A stretch of DNA of 64,000 nt from Octopus bimaculoides (GCF_001194135.2 NC_068990.1:3620509-3684508), one strand, 5' to 3'; numbered from the stretch's first letter, positions 12,021-26,116 are shown. Made by a program: numbers and translations. Notes: a model not told the origin generated them from the letters alone.

Positions 12021-12133
12021 CTGAAGAATATGTATGTGTATAAATGTGAGTGTCAACAATAGTACTACATGTATCGCTGAGTTGTAATAACCTTATTTTA
12101 CTAGTATTATGTTTATTGTATAATCTGATACAG

Positions 12134-12205
12134 AAGTCGAGTATTTCGTCGACAGACAAAACATCGCAATAGAAACGATCGAATATAAACAATCGAAAAC
12201 TTCAG
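12134..12205 (+). CDS. Candidate exon (72 nt, phase 1 to 1); product unknown
   Basis: Acceptor tttattgtataatctgatacag, donor cag|gtaata, only open frame xVEYFVDRQNIAIETIEYKQSKTS. Confidence 0.22.
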
Positions 12206-12353
12206 GTAATATATTATATTTTCTGTTTGAAGGCACATGGATCAATAAATATATAAATGATGCACAACCTGCAAATGATTGATAGAGATAGTAATACTAT
12301 GTAACCTTGTCTTTCTCTTCCCTTTATTTAAATATCAAACAGAAGCAAGTACA

Positions 12354-12428
<75 letters not shown>

Positions 12429-12442
12429 CTCTCCCTCTCTCT

Positions 12443-12505
<63 letters not shown>

Positions 12506-12532
12506 CAGAGAGAGAAAGAGAGAGAGAGAGAG
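12354..12532. repeat. (CT)n-(TA)n-(GA)n compound microsatellite
   Basis: Directly visible. Confidence 0.97.
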
Positions 12533-13777
12533 AACTAGATAATACATACGTACATACACTTATGTGTCTGTCTGTGCTTGTGCGTGTGTAGATATCTATG
12601 GCTGTAGAAAGTACATACTCAATGACAGAGCTCGTACCGCAGACCTATCCGCTGCAGGACGTTCGCATTATCTCATACACTGCGGAGTGCTTGGTGGTCC
12701 TACTCAAAACGAATGGTCCCTGCAAATATACTTACTTCATAGATATTTCATAGATATTCTCCAGACCTTCAGTCTCTACCAAATAAGTTTTCTTTTTTTT
12801 TTTTGTTCCTAATATCTAACATAGATAACTACTTATTGGTATTTGTAGCAAAGGATTTTAATCTATACTTCTGTGGAAACTACTAGAATATTGGATATAA
12901 TATGTAATAAACACACCTCATACAATTGCTTTAATAGGTTCTAAATACTTCAGATCTGGTGCATATTAAATACTCATATGTCTTACTGGTATATTAATAA
13001 TATAACCCATGTGCGCTCATTTATGTGACCAAAGCTAGACTTAATTTAATATCAATGATAAATACCCTGTTTGGCTTATATTTGCATGGCAGCAGCTACT
13101 GTTCGTCTGTCTTTGAATGATTTTATTATAATCATAGTAATAACAATGATAATGCTTCATAAAATATGGCAGACTGATATTTGATATTTAAAAGCCGTAG
13201 AATATAAACTATAAATAATATCCACTAGCAAAAGTAGACAATACATGTTTGCAATACAAATGACACTCAGTACCATATTAGATCCAACACACAACCCGTA
13301 ATTCCCATAACTCATACCCTACAGGATTACAATATGACAATGCATCAATACACGTAATGCTCAACTTTTATAGTGACTGTTTAACATTACAGTACATCAA
13401 AATTCACACTACACAGGCCCCAGAAAATTGCAGACTTCATATAGAATACTCTCTACACAAGAAACACGAGCTCATATTAATGTAAGGAAAAAAGATAACA
13501 AAAAACAGCAAAAACAACACAAATATTATACAACAAACAACCAGAATTCTATATATCAAAAAGGCATGCTCTTAATAAGTTAAAAACATGATGCACATCA
13601 TTTTGTGTAGTGGTAACTTGAAACTGTTAGAAACAACCTAATAATAATCACAAACTGTAAGATTTCCTGAATTTAGAAAATCTGGATCGCATCAAGGAAT
13701 CAATTTTTAAAAAAGGTGCTACTTTAGTGTTCAGTCTACCGCTGTATCCATAGTCTTCGCTGTAAAAATGACCTGAT

Positions 13778-13855
13778 CAGGTTAGGATTAGGGTTAGGTT
13801 TTAGGATTGGGTTATAGTTTAGTGTCAGAGTTTAGAATTAGATTTAGGTTTAGAA
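13778..13855 (+). repeat. Degenerate telomere-like (TTAGGG/TTAGG) array
   Basis: ggttaggattagggttaggttttaggattgggttatagtttagtgtcagagtttagaattagatttaggtttagaat. Confidence 0.7.
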
Positions 13856-13989
13856 TCAAACTACGCGCTCAATTGTAAATAGCCAGGTAGGCCGCATGCT
13901 AGATTAGCACCAAATAAAAAAAATAATGGCTATATTCGGTAAAAATATACCGAAGAAGATTTATAAATAATAAAAGATTATTTTTTATT

Positions 13990-14202
13990 TTCTTTCTTTT
14001 TTCAGTCATTAGACTGCAGCAATCCTGGGGCATTGCCTTGAAGAATATTTTAGACGAATGAATTTACCCCGGTACTTTTTTAAGCTTGGTATTTATTCTA
14101 TTGGCCTCTTTTGCCGAACCTTTATGTAACGGGGTGGGAGTGAACACAACACCGGTTGTCAAGTGATGCTGGAAGACATCCTCAGACATAGACACACGCA
14201 CG

Positions 14203-14281
<79 letters not shown>

Positions 14282-14440
14282 GACGGGCTTCTTTCAGTTT
14301 CCATTTACCAAATCCACTCTCGAGGCTTTGGTCAACCAGATGCTATAGTTCAAGACACTTCCCCTAGGTGTCGCGCAGTGAAACAGAACCTGGCACTATG
14401 TTGTTGATAAGTGGACTTCTTACCACTCAGCCACGTCTAC
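13990..14440 (-). mobile_element. SINE family B, full length, with internal (CA)/(TA) microsatellite
   Basis: Tail ttcagtcattagactgcagc..ctgggg..ccttg near 14000; 3' half to about 14190; microsatellite 14190-14280; head 14281-14440 (cgacgggcttctttcagtttcc..caagacacttcccctaggtgtcgcgcagtg). Confidence 0.85.
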
Positions 14441-17030
14441 ATATACGTATGTAGGTGTTTCATAGAATTTTAGATCGCTACAAAATTTGTTTTTGAAAAA
14501 CTAAGAACTACAAAATAAAATGCACTGGAACGTAATTTGATATTTCAGGATCTTACATGAAAAGACCATCAGGATTAATGGGGATTAGTTTATGATAAGA
14601 GTACAATCTTGTGGTGATTGAAATAAATACCAAATTACAAAACTCCTTCATTCCTCCACAAAATACTCAGGTAACTGCAATCAGATTTTAAAAGGTCTCT
14701 TTGCCAATAACTAATATATTTTTTATCAAAACTAATATATTCATTAGTGACAAAATAGAGAGGACAGACCTTTTGTGTGTGTGTGTGTGGTAAATTTGAT
14801 TCGGTCTAAAGGAAGGAGATATACCTATGATCTTCGTTGGCCCTCTCCGGGTAGTTGTATATATATATATATATATATATATNNNNNNNNNNNNNNNNNN
14901 NNNNNNNNNNNNNNNNNNNNNNNNNNNNNNNNNNNNNNNNNNNNNNNNNNNNNNNNNNNNNNNNNNNNNNNNNNNNNNNNNNNNNNNNNNNNNNNNNNNN
15001 NNNNNNNNNNNNNNNNNNNNNNNNNNNNNNNNNNNNNNNNNNNNNNNNNNNNNNNNNNNNNNNNNNNNNNNNNNNNNNNNNNNNNNNNNNNNNNNNNNNN
15101 NNNNNNNNNNNNNNNNNNNNNNNNNNNNNNNNNNNNNNNNNNNNNNNNNNNNNNNNNNNNNNNNNNNNNNNNNNNNNNNNNNNNNNNNNNNNNNNNNNNN
15201 NNNNNNNNNNNNNNNNNNNNNNNNNNNNNNNNNNNNNNNNNNNNNNNNNNNNNNNNNNNNNNNNNNNNNNNNNNNNNNNNNNNNNNNNNNNNNNATATAT
15301 ATATATATATATACCTCTGGAACTTATGCGAACTAACGGCTGTATGTAAAACTTTGTCATGGAAGGAAAGACCGCACATGGCTTATAACATTATGACTGG
15401 TGATGAAGAAAATATTTGTGTATACTATTGTATACTTTTTATAGAAATGGCAAACATATATCCTGCCGAACAGATAAGAAGCGAAAACTCCTATGAAATA
15501 CAAGTTGCCTGCCGACAAATGATATGAATGACGCGGTTGAACATTAGAAAGCAATTTACCAAAGAGAGAGAGTCAAACAAAAGAGAAAAAAAGAATTGCA
15601 AACTTTTATTCCTCGTTTTATTGTTGCTTGAGAATGTGATGTTCATTGTGGAATACGAATTTGCTGACTGAATTGAAGAGCTTGATGAATCAAGTTTATA
15701 TATTGCTAACGTGATTTGGTCTAGGATTTGGCACGTTAATGGTTTAGCCTCAAACATGATTTCGATCTTAGATTCTGTATCAGAACTGAATATTGACACG
15801 TATGGCTCCGTATTTTCAAAGATAGGAAAACCAGTAGAAACTATGGGAAGCATCTTTCAGGATGTCAATATAATATCGAGCCAACGAAATTTCGACATAT
15901 TGGATTCACTTCTAGAAATAACAGCCCACTTTTCCCTATTACAGAAGATTGAGCCATGGAAATAAAGGAAACATTAGTTAATGTAGTCATAGATACACAA
16001 CGACTAAAGAAAAAGACAGGATATATACAAGCAATATAATGGTAACAGAGTCACTGATGTTGAGGGAATATATTCGGATGTACTGCTAAATAACGAAAAG
16101 AAACAGATGGATATAAAAGATAAAACTGGAGACGAGAGAATCAACCTTGCAGATAACAAGGTAATATCGAAATTCAAGAAGATCTGAGAAAGAGAATTAA
16201 TGGATCAGAACATCGATAATACCAATATTGTTGTTATCGGTAATATTTCTTCAGTAAACCACGTCGATCTCACCGAAACGGATGCAATGGATGAAGCGGA
16301 TTAACACATCTGAAGGCTGTTAACAATGCAACAATGCAGAATACCCAGAACAATGCTGATATTATGATACGTAAGAAAAGGGGAAAAAAGATTCAGACAG
16401 CTACTGAAAAGATTAAACGTATTAATATTAGGGTAAAAGTATAATTGTAGACTCATTTTCAGAAAAGTTGGTATGTTCAGTCAAGATGATAAAGTTGAAA
16501 AGAAATAGGAAATTGTTGAAACAAAATATATAGAGAAAAAGCGATCACGTTAGACATACAATGTGCCAGGTATTCAAACGGCACAAATAGAGAGAACAGT
16601 TATTGAACACAAAGCTTCACAAGGATGTAATGTTATAACAAAGGTCGTTGGAAGAAAAATAAAAAAAAAGAACAGTATGAACTTGATATTGCTAAGTGAA
16701 CAATATTACCAAACATATACCAAGTTGGCCACTATACAGTGAGAGAATAGGAGGAAGTTTCGATTGAAATTCGTTGGAATCCGCTATTGAAGTAGATTGT
16801 ATGTTTCAACGTGATTTAGTTGTATAAGAGGGACAGAGAAAGCAGTTGCAGTTATAATACAGAAATAAAAGACAAGAATATTAGCTCATAGATTTTGCTC
16901 TTCCATATGATAAGGGAGTGAAAGGAAAACAAACAAGAGAATAATCGAAAGTCCTTGATGCATTCGAAATACTGAGAAACTGTTTTGTAAACAGCCTGTA
17001 CTAGCATGAAAATATTATTATTAATATTAT

Positions 17031-17226
17031 CAAGGCTGTGAGCTGGTAGAATCGTCAGAGGCATCTGTTCCGACTCTTTCCTTCCCGATTCCAAATTCTG
17101 CTGAGGTCGAATTGCCTTTCAGTCTGTTGAGAGTCGCTAATATACGTACCAGTTGAACACTGGAGCCCATAAAATCGACTGTACCCCTCCAGAAAAATTG
17201 CCGACCTTGGGCTAAAATTTGAAACC
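17031..17226 (+). mobile_element. SINE family A, decayed
   Basis: aaggctgtgagctggtagaatcgt..ccaaattctgctgaggtcgaattgcctttca..gtaccagttgaacactgg..atcgact..gaccttgggctaaaatttgaaacc. Confidence 0.75.
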
Positions 17227-17438
17227 AGTGTTATTATTGATGTGGTCAGCTGTCATAACCGTTAAGTTGCTTAATCGCGTTTATTTCGGCTCCTTATTTT
17301 CTGAGCACAAATCCCACCGAGATCAACTTTGCCGTTCCGATAAAATAAAATATGAGCCAAGTACTGAAGTCGAAGTAATCAGCTATTATTTCCCAATCAT
17401 CAGCCTTTGTGCCAAAATAAGAAAATTGTAATTGTTAT

Positions 17439-17486
<48 letters not shown>

Positions 17487-17639
17487 GTGTGTGTGTGTGT
17501 GTGTGTATGTGTTTCCTTTATCCATAACGCCACTCGATTAATTGTTTCATAAGAAGTGAACATACACTTCCAACTGGTAAACTTATGAAAATACAACATT
17601 TAACCAGCCGATATTGTTATTATTATTTTATTGTCTTTG

Positions 17640-19099
17640 CACGGCCTCTAATGCTGGAGATGTACATCACAGAAAGGGTAAGGTGTAAATCTGGCTTCGG
17701 TGGAGTGATGATCAATTTAGATCAATTGAAAGCATTCGATAGCGTCGACCATCGATATCTAGAGACTGTACTTAAAACGGCTGTCTTGGGCCCCATCTTC
17801 AAAGGTTGGATCACTGCAATGCACAGCGGCATCTTCTCAGTGGTCAAAGTTAATGTCCACTTCTCGGAACCGTTTCAGATCTCCCGATTGGTCCGTCAAG
17901 GGTGCCTTCTCTCCTCCTTTTAGTACGTATTGACCCTTGCAGGACATCTCGTTCGAAACGGGACGCAGAAGGGCTGTGTCTGTGTATGCTGACAACATCA
18001 CCGTGATGGTGTTGGACAACTCAGAAATCGATGTGATCTGCACGTCATTGGAAGAATATGAAAAATTGACAGGAGCAAAACCTAAACCGGAAAAGTCAAT
18101 GGGCTTGCAACTCGGCACCTGGAGAGGCAAGTCTATGCCGTCCAACGGCGTCGTTGGACCCTGGAAGGAACGGACCAATAAAGTTACTTGGGGTTTGGTT
18201 CGAACCAGACCACCAGGTGGACAAGTATTGGGACGAGGTGACAAGCAGTGTAGCCACCGAACCTCACCCAGAATTGGGCGACGAGGAAGAGACGCTAGGT
18301 GTTGGCGATGTCGAACTAACCAGCCCGTTCAGGAGGACTTTCGAGCAAGGGTCGATGGAAACCTTCTAGAAACCCTTGCTTGGCTCTGCCGGTTCGAGAT
18401 AAAATCTACAGGCACGGAACTTCTGTCAGACGGACCTGTCCAAGATGAGCGCAGAGCGACGAAACCGTTCTGCACGCACTCGTCCAGTATCTTTGCATTA
18501 CTCATTTGTGGAGTTATAGTGAACAGGTGTTAACACGTATAGGACGGATCCGACTATCGGCCGAGGCCATATGGAAGATCGATCTACCGCCTTCTATTGG
18601 TCCGGAAGAGCAGGCAATTTCCCTGTCTGATAACAGTAACGAAAGAGGTATGGTAGACCAGGTTGAAAAGAGTGAAGACAGACACTTTTCTCTTCGGCCA
18701 TTCCCTCACCAACGTTTTCAAATTTCACTTAGAAAGGAAGATGAGGGTGGAGAAAGAAGTGCTGTCCCCAGTACATTTGCTAACAGGTGGGTTAATGTAG
18801 CGAAAATGCCCCATGTGTGTGGACCTACTCTAATAATGCGACTGTAGGCTAGTGAATTTTCGAGGGAGAAGGGTGTCCTCCTAGTATGCACTCGAAGCGT
18901 CGAGTGGTTCAAGGTTGGTGAGGTATCTGAGTCAACTCCAGGTGGCTACCTCCACTCATTGGAAAGCTTTCATTGTTATATTCTTTTTCTTTGATATTAT
19001 TGTTATTGTTTTGTGTACTCGTTATTTTTGTGTAAAATCCCCACTATCCATGTTTACTGTATTGTTGCCTATATGTAGGGTCTAGTGGCCAATAAATGA

Positions 19100-19143
<44 letters not shown>
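17640..19143 (+). mobile_element. Tx1-clade (L1-like) non-LTR retrotransposon, 5'-truncated and internally deleted ORF2 plus 3' UTR
   Basis: Reverse transcriptase (RT) motifs INLDQLKAFDSVDHRYL, VRQGCLLS, VYADNIT, LTGAK..EKSMGLQLGTW and LLGVWF over three frames. C-terminal FANRWVNVAKM ends near 18847. UTR ends gtggccaataaatgaa followed by (TAA)n. Confidence 0.85.
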
Positions 19144-19144
<1 letters not shown>

Positions 19145-22100
19145 TTACAGAAAGTTCGTCAAAATAATATTGCGTTAATTGTCGCTGAATATGTGCTAAA
19201 CGGCGAGGTGTTATCAGCAACAGATTTTTGAGGTGTTATTAGCAGATAAATGTTGAGGTGTTATTCGAGTTTAAATGTTTAAATGTTATAAAGTTAGGTG
19301 TTGTAATCCGTATATTTTTTAATTATCATTGAATGACGTTTTCTCAGAGGTTAGAGATTGAAAACAGAGAAACAGTTGTTGAAATGTAATAATAGTGTAT
19401 ATAAGATCTTTGTTCTTTTACTTATCCCGGCTGACGATGTCGTGTCAACAAAAATAATTTATGTCAATTTTAATGTCATTCAGTAGTTAGCACACTCACT
19501 TCACCTTGGTTGTTATTTAATACGACAGCAGTATATTTCATCCTTTTATTGCTAATTTTATGAAATATCTTTCCTCAACTACTCTCTTTGTCTGACTAAC
19601 TATACTTAGATCCTAAGTAAACACAAGCAGAAGCCAGTCACTACACACCATAAGGTACAGAATGTAGTGTACAAAACTTCATCCCTCGCATTCTTTTAAA
19701 GAAATTTAACAGATGGTATGAGCACTGATGTCTTACGGACGACTTCTGATGTCGATGAGAAACATTTCAATAATCTTTTATAGATGAAAATTCGGATCAA
19801 GAATTATTGATAGCTTTCAAGTAATATTCACCCGGAAGTACTTCAAGAATCTTCAAGTATGGCCATATTGGAGTCAATCAATGAAAGAAACTGCTCGTGA
19901 TTTGCATAGTGAACTAAATTGTTACATTTTACCTGTTTAGTTGCAGTGTATTTATGATTTTTTTAGTTTATGTAGAACTAATATCACGTAGGAGAAGTTC
20001 AACTACCGGCCGAGTCTATGGTGAAAATAGACTCAATGTCTTCTTTAGCAAAGAAATACTGGGATTCTTTTTTTCTGCTTGGTGGATATGGCCAAAGACA
20101 TTTTATGGTGGATGTGGTTGAAAGTTTCGGGGACTGACTATTTTTTGTCTCTATGATTGAGCCCTCATCAATTACTTTAACGTATTGATCCATTCTACGG
20201 AATAAAAGTAACGATTATTAACTACAAATAGAATATAAAATACATAGCAATAATAACTACATAGTATAGCCAAAGGATAACGAACGGAGCTTATGACCTG
20301 TAAACAACGATTCACAGTCCAGAGATGGATCTGAAAACTAATATTAATACGACGTCCGCTGAAGGCAGTCAAATGTAAGACTATGGTGTTAAGCAGTCAC
20401 AGATCACTTATACTATCCCCCCTTCCCCCCTCCCCGAAATAACCATAATCCATGAAACCTTCGTACATTTTTTTTTCTTAAGAGATTAATTAATCTGAGA
20501 TCATGTTCGAAAACATTATCCGCTGTTTCCACGGTGAGATCGAAACAGATAAAACATGATTTATGTATTTTCTTCATTACTTGCTTTCAAGTAACAACTA
20601 CGAGACGTGATATTTTATAGTGTTAGGGGTTCTGTTATGGTATGTGTTGTGTGTTTGTGTTTAATATCAGATACTAAGGAACTTGGTTAAGTTTCCGCTA
20701 GAATTGGCCAAGGCTATGACTAACTTAATAGCACCGCCCAGAACAGATATTTAATGGTGTTTCGTATTACAGTCAATTTTTGAGTCTAGAACATTCGTCA
20801 GTGTGGACAATTGTCTTTGATTATGTTCGAAAAGTAACAAAATTACAAATAATAATAAAAAACACTACTGTTGTTACCAATGTTTCTGCTACTGTTTGCG
20901 TATTTCATTGTTTTTGCTATTTATTCATTTGGTTAGCCTATGGCGAAATATGTTACCACTGAGATAATCTCATGTTTCTGTGTTCTCAGATAGTTCATTT
21001 CATAAAACGCTTTTTTCTATTTTTGAACACAATTTAAACACTATAATTTGACGTCAATACAGATGTGCAACACTTTTGAGTGATTCACATTCGAAAAGTC
21101 TCGGTTTTATTTCGTTATTTATTTACAACAGCATTTCAGTTTAATTTCTCCGCACAATAGCTGCACATAAAAATTATGCCAATTTTTGAAAGAAAAATGA
21201 CTTTAAAGGAATATTGAAGTAGAGAAATAGTCAATTAAATAACGTTGGTCCGGGTTGGTATAAGATCCAGGTTTCGAAAATATACAGTTGTTCAATGCCC
21301 GGGACGTCACAGATTATTACCAGTGAATTGTATTGTGAATTTCATTGAGAGGCAATTAAAGAACGGAGTATAGTATTTGAAAGGGGATATTTTTTTCTTT
21401 TCATAGACATTAAAGAAAAATGTAATAAAAAGTAGTGAGAAAAATGACATAATGCTTACTGAGGGGTAATATTTAACCCCACTTGAATGTTCAGTTAGAA
21501 CAAACTATACTGTGGCAGACACCATGAGAGAAACTGTCATATTGGCTTTTGGTGCAAAATGCACTTTTGTTTATATCATCAGCCATTTGTTCATAAAAAT
21601 TTCTTTGCTATTTCTATAAAGATGAAAGACAATATTGGTATTGTAGTTATACGTGTGCGTAATTAGAAAGAAAGCAATAAGAATGAAAGTGTAAAAATCG
21701 CTCAATTTTTAAGTCAGTTTATTAGATATGGTACAAAACTGAATTAGCACCTCGCTTCTCTTTCTAGCAGGCCCAACCACAAAGTAGAGATTGTTATTAT
21801 CGACGGAAACGTATTTGTTTTTGTTTCCATTTATATTTCTGTTGTTTACGTTATGAGATAATATCATTCATTTATCAATAAAATGAAATACTAATGATTC
21901 TCAATTTTTACTTCACTGTTTACTACATTTCTTTCTTTTATGCCTGGTAATATTTTCTCTTCTCTTACAAATATTGCATTAGCATAGACAATATTATTCA
22001 AAATATTACCGAATTTCAAAAACTATTTTAAAAATTTTAAATTCTCTCTCTGATTTTATTAGATTATATAGAATTTTTATTTGGTCATGTTATGTTTTCG

Positions 22101-22281
22101 TATATTTTCCATTAATTTAATCAGCTTAATTTAATCAAAATATATTTCCATTGTAAATAGCAACATTTTTAAATGATCTGTACTTACACAAAACATAACA
22201 TATACTCATATCACTATAAAACCAATGTGTATAAGCGTGTGTGTGTTTATATATTTATGTATGTGTATAACCATGTGCTTG

Positions 22282-22313
<32 letters not shown>

Positions 22314-22555
22314 CTGTGTGTTTATGTATGCATTAGATAAAGTTAAAATGTTAAAAATATTTTATGTAGTTTCATACAGGCAGCTATTTCTTTCTACATA
22401 TACGTCTACATTATTGGAAGGATTTATATGTAATTTATGTTATTCACTCCTATATGAAAATTATATTTGTGTTTTTCAGGACTCCCAATAAAATATATAT
22501 AATATCGCATACATGAATACAAACACATACATACATATAGCCATACATACATATA

Positions 22556-22609
<54 letters not shown>

Positions 22610-22774
22610 AGGGTGTGTGTGTGTGTGTGTGTGTGTTTTGTTATTTATTTACCTGTGGCTTACTTTCCATAAATCTATTTGTACTTCTACCAACAAGTTA
22701 TTTGTAGTACGTAAGAAATATCATACACTACATATATATATAATATNNNNNNNNNNNNNNNNNNNNNNNNNNNN

Positions 22775-22816
<42 letters not shown>

Positions 22817-23062
22817 GCACGTAGACACGCAAAATACACATGTTAATGTAAGCGTGTATGTTTGTTTTGTTTTCCAAATGAGCAGTACAGTTTTCACTTC
22901 AGCAAAGGATTGCCAAAACAATATTCGACCGTATATTCAATTATTGCAAACAAACTCGAACGGTGACGGAGACAGAGGGGTGATGAGATAAATATAATGA
23001 CATAAATGCTTATGCATTCCTTGACATTAAAGTGAATCGTCTATATGTTATATAGAATGTTG

Positions 23063-23316
23063 TTTATTCCTTCTCGAGCCATGCCTGTCTTATAAGGACG
23101 CCGGTCCGTCGCAGGTGAGCTGCTACATGCAGGAGGAGGAAAGAGAGAAAGAAAGTTATGGCGAAAGTGTCAACAGAAATTCGCCATTACCCTCTGCTGG
23201 AGCTGCGTGGAGTTTAGGTGTTTCACTCATAAACACACACATCGCCCAGTCTCAGATTCGAACCCACGATCCCTCGACCGCGTGTCCACTGTTCTAAACA
23301 CTGGGCCATGTGCCTC
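23063..23316 (-). mobile_element. SINE family D2 (tRNA head plus V-domain-like core)
   Basis: Minus-strand head gaggcacatggcccagtgtttag..gggttcgaatctgagactgggcgatg; core cctgcgacggaccggcgtcc resembles the V-SINE motif CCTGCGATGGACTGGCG (my recollection, not a search result). Confidence 0.75.
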
Positions 23317-23356
23317 TACATATATGAATAGACGTATAAGTACATTTGTGTTTGTG

Positions 23357-23433
<77 letters not shown>

Positions 23434-23899
23434 ACACACACATACACACACATATATATATAAAAGAGAAAGCTGCTTATTAATTAGGTATGCAACAATT
23501 ACTAAAAGTTCTAAAAGAAGGCAATTATTAAAGAGTTGTACGTCTCGAAATATATGTTGGTAAATTAATGTTCTAAGAAATTTCAAATAGTTTCGATTTC
23601 ACAGGTTTATTGAATTTTCTTAACTCAGATTTCTCGCGAATTTAAATATTCACTGCGTCCAATTCATCACAAATTTAAATATTCATTATGTTTACTGCAG
23701 AGTATTCCATTTTCATTTGCAAAGTCTCAATTAACGTATATGTAATGTAAAAACATTATTTATTGAGTGATAATTGCTTTAAATACCATTATAATTTTTG
23801 AACGCGGGATAGCCGTAAGAAGAGCCTAGAAAGTTGGATAATTACTATTAGAGGACGAGGAGAAAAAAACTAAAAGTTACCCAAACCAAAGTTACCCAG

Positions 23900-24240
23900 C
23901 AACTTTAGCGGGAAAAGCTTAAAGATTTACGGCGCCCCTAATGTCCAAAAGGTACTTATTACATCGACTGCAAAAGAATGAAAGGCAAAATCGCCCGCGG
24001 AGAAATTTGAACTCGGATCATAAAGTGTGAGAAGAAAATGGTGCTGTACAGAGAAACTGAAAACCGAGCATGTACACTTTACGGAGTAATCTGGACTAAC
24101 CAACTTTTCTAATTTTGGCACAGATGTCACTGTGCGCTTGGTATTCCATACCGAAATGATGAAAGGCAAACTTTCGATGAGACTTGAATTCAGAATGAAA
24201 TACCGGAAGAATGAAATACCGGAAGAATGAAATACCGTAC
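23900..24240 (-). mobile_element. Two decayed SINE family A fragments
   Basis: gaatgaaaggcaaaatcgcccgcggagaaatttgaactcgg near 23975 and gatgaaaggcaaac..ttgaattcagaatgaaataccg near 24160. Confidence 0.45.
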
Positions 24241-25261
24241 ACACAAACATATGCATATATCCCGCAAACACACATACATATACAGTAACCCAGAATTACA
24301 ATATTATTGTGTATTTATAAGCGTCTTTGTACTCATTCTTATGCAAATACCCTCATGAAATCTAACCTTATTAGTCACACATACGTAAATTAATATTTAA
24401 TCAACAATTACATGTAAGAAATTTCTAATAGAAATGATCACTCAATATTACATACATATGGGCATTTCGAATTATGAGCATTGTGATCTATATAGATGTA
24501 ACTATTAGGTGATGGAATTTACATATTTTAGATCACACGCACAGACACATACATATATAATATAATTTACATAAATGGCATTATAAACAGATAGATATAT
24601 AGACAGACAGGCAGACAGACAGGCAGACAGACAGACAGACAGACAGACAGACTGATAGATGAATAGATACATCAGTGTGAATCTATTTAAATATCCATAT
24701 GCTGAAGGTGTTTAACTGTCTTTCTATTTATCTCTATAGAATGTATATATATATATATATATATGTATATAGGAGTGCGCACACACACACAAATACAAAC
24801 GTACACACACATACATACATCTTTGATAATCTGGCTGGCAGATATGTATGTATTTAATATACTTATCGATTTCAATATCTCTCTGATCAAAAATAGACGG
24901 TGATTACATGTACCCCCATCGACATGTTGAATTTAGCGACCAATTCTCATTCAAATCACACTCTTCAGATTTTAAAAAGCAGCAACAGTTCGACAAACAG
25001 AATGACATATAATATGTATATGTCTCAAATCAAAACGAAAGGTCGTAGTTCAAAAGCCTACAAGCATAGTGTTATTCAACTGAAAAACCTACGAGCATAG
25101 AACTGTTAAAAGCCAATGCAGAAACAACATTTAACTGCCAATTACTTTATCGCTTTGCTCAGATCACCGTCCATACACATTCTCACCCGCACTCCGCCTC
25201 TACCCGTGTGTCTTCATCTCCCCGCTCTCAACCATCCTCTCTCCCCTTGATATCACTAAAT

Positions 25262-25430
25262 CTTTTATCTTCTACATTTTACTTGCTTCGGGCATTAAAC
25301 TGCGGTCATGCTGGAGTACTGATTTAAAGAATTTTACTTGAACCTGATGTGTATAAGTATATACACACACAAGGGATTTTTCAGTTTCCATCTACCAAAT
25401 CCACTCACAAGGCCAAGTAAGCTCACTCCT
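25262..25430 (-). mobile_element. SINE family B, internally deleted remnant
   Basis: Tail tttacttgcttcgggcattaaactgcggtcatgctggagtac plus head piece tttcagtttccatctaccaaatccactcacaaggc. Confidence 0.6.
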
Positions 25431-26116
25431 AGACGTTTTCCATATATATATATTTTTCCATATATATANNNNNNNNNNNNNNNNNNNNNNNNNNNNNNNN
25501 NNNNNNNNNNNNNNNNNNNNNNNNNNNNNNNNNNNNNNNNNNNNNNNNNNNNNNNNNNNNNNNNNNNNNNNNNNNNNNNNNNNNNNNNNNNNNNNNNNNN
25601 NNNNNNNNNNNNNNNNNNNNNNNNNNNNNNNNNNNNNNNNNNNNNNNNNNNNNNNNNNNNNNNNNNNNNNNNNNNNNNNNNNNNNNNNNNNNNNNNNNNN
25701 NNNNNNNNNNNNNNNNNNNNNNNNNNNNNNNNNNNNNNNNNNNNNNNNNNNNNNNNNNNNNNNNNNNNNNNNNNNNNNNNNNNNNNNNNNNNNNNNNNNN
25801 NNNNNNNNNNNNNNNNNNNNNNNNNNNNNNNNNNNNNNNNNNNNNNNNNNNNNNNNNNNNNNNNNNNNNNNNNNNNNNNNNNNNNNNNNNNNNNNNNNNN
25901 NNNNNNNNNNNNNNNNNNNNNNNNNNNNNNNNNNNNNNNNNNNNNNNNNNNNNNNNNNNNNNNNNNNNNNNNNNNNNNNNNNNNNNNNNNNNNNNNNNNN
26001 NNNNNNNNNNNNNNNNNNNNNNNNNNNNNNNNNNNNNNNNNNNNNNNNNNNNNNNNNNNNNNNNNNNNNNNNNNNNNNNNNNNNNATATATATATATATA
26101 TATATACAGGTAGACA

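Noticed and set aside
15400-16800. Purine-rich stretch with a faint echo of an LTR integrase motif near 16260-16310
   Set aside because: No convincing RT, RNase H or integrase motif and no LTR pair; possibly an old retroelement but not supportable by eye.
24192-24237. 16-bp unit agaatgaaataccgga repeated about 3 times, containing the ETS-like CCGGAA
   Set aside because: It lies inside a decayed SINE A fragment; simple slippage explains it.
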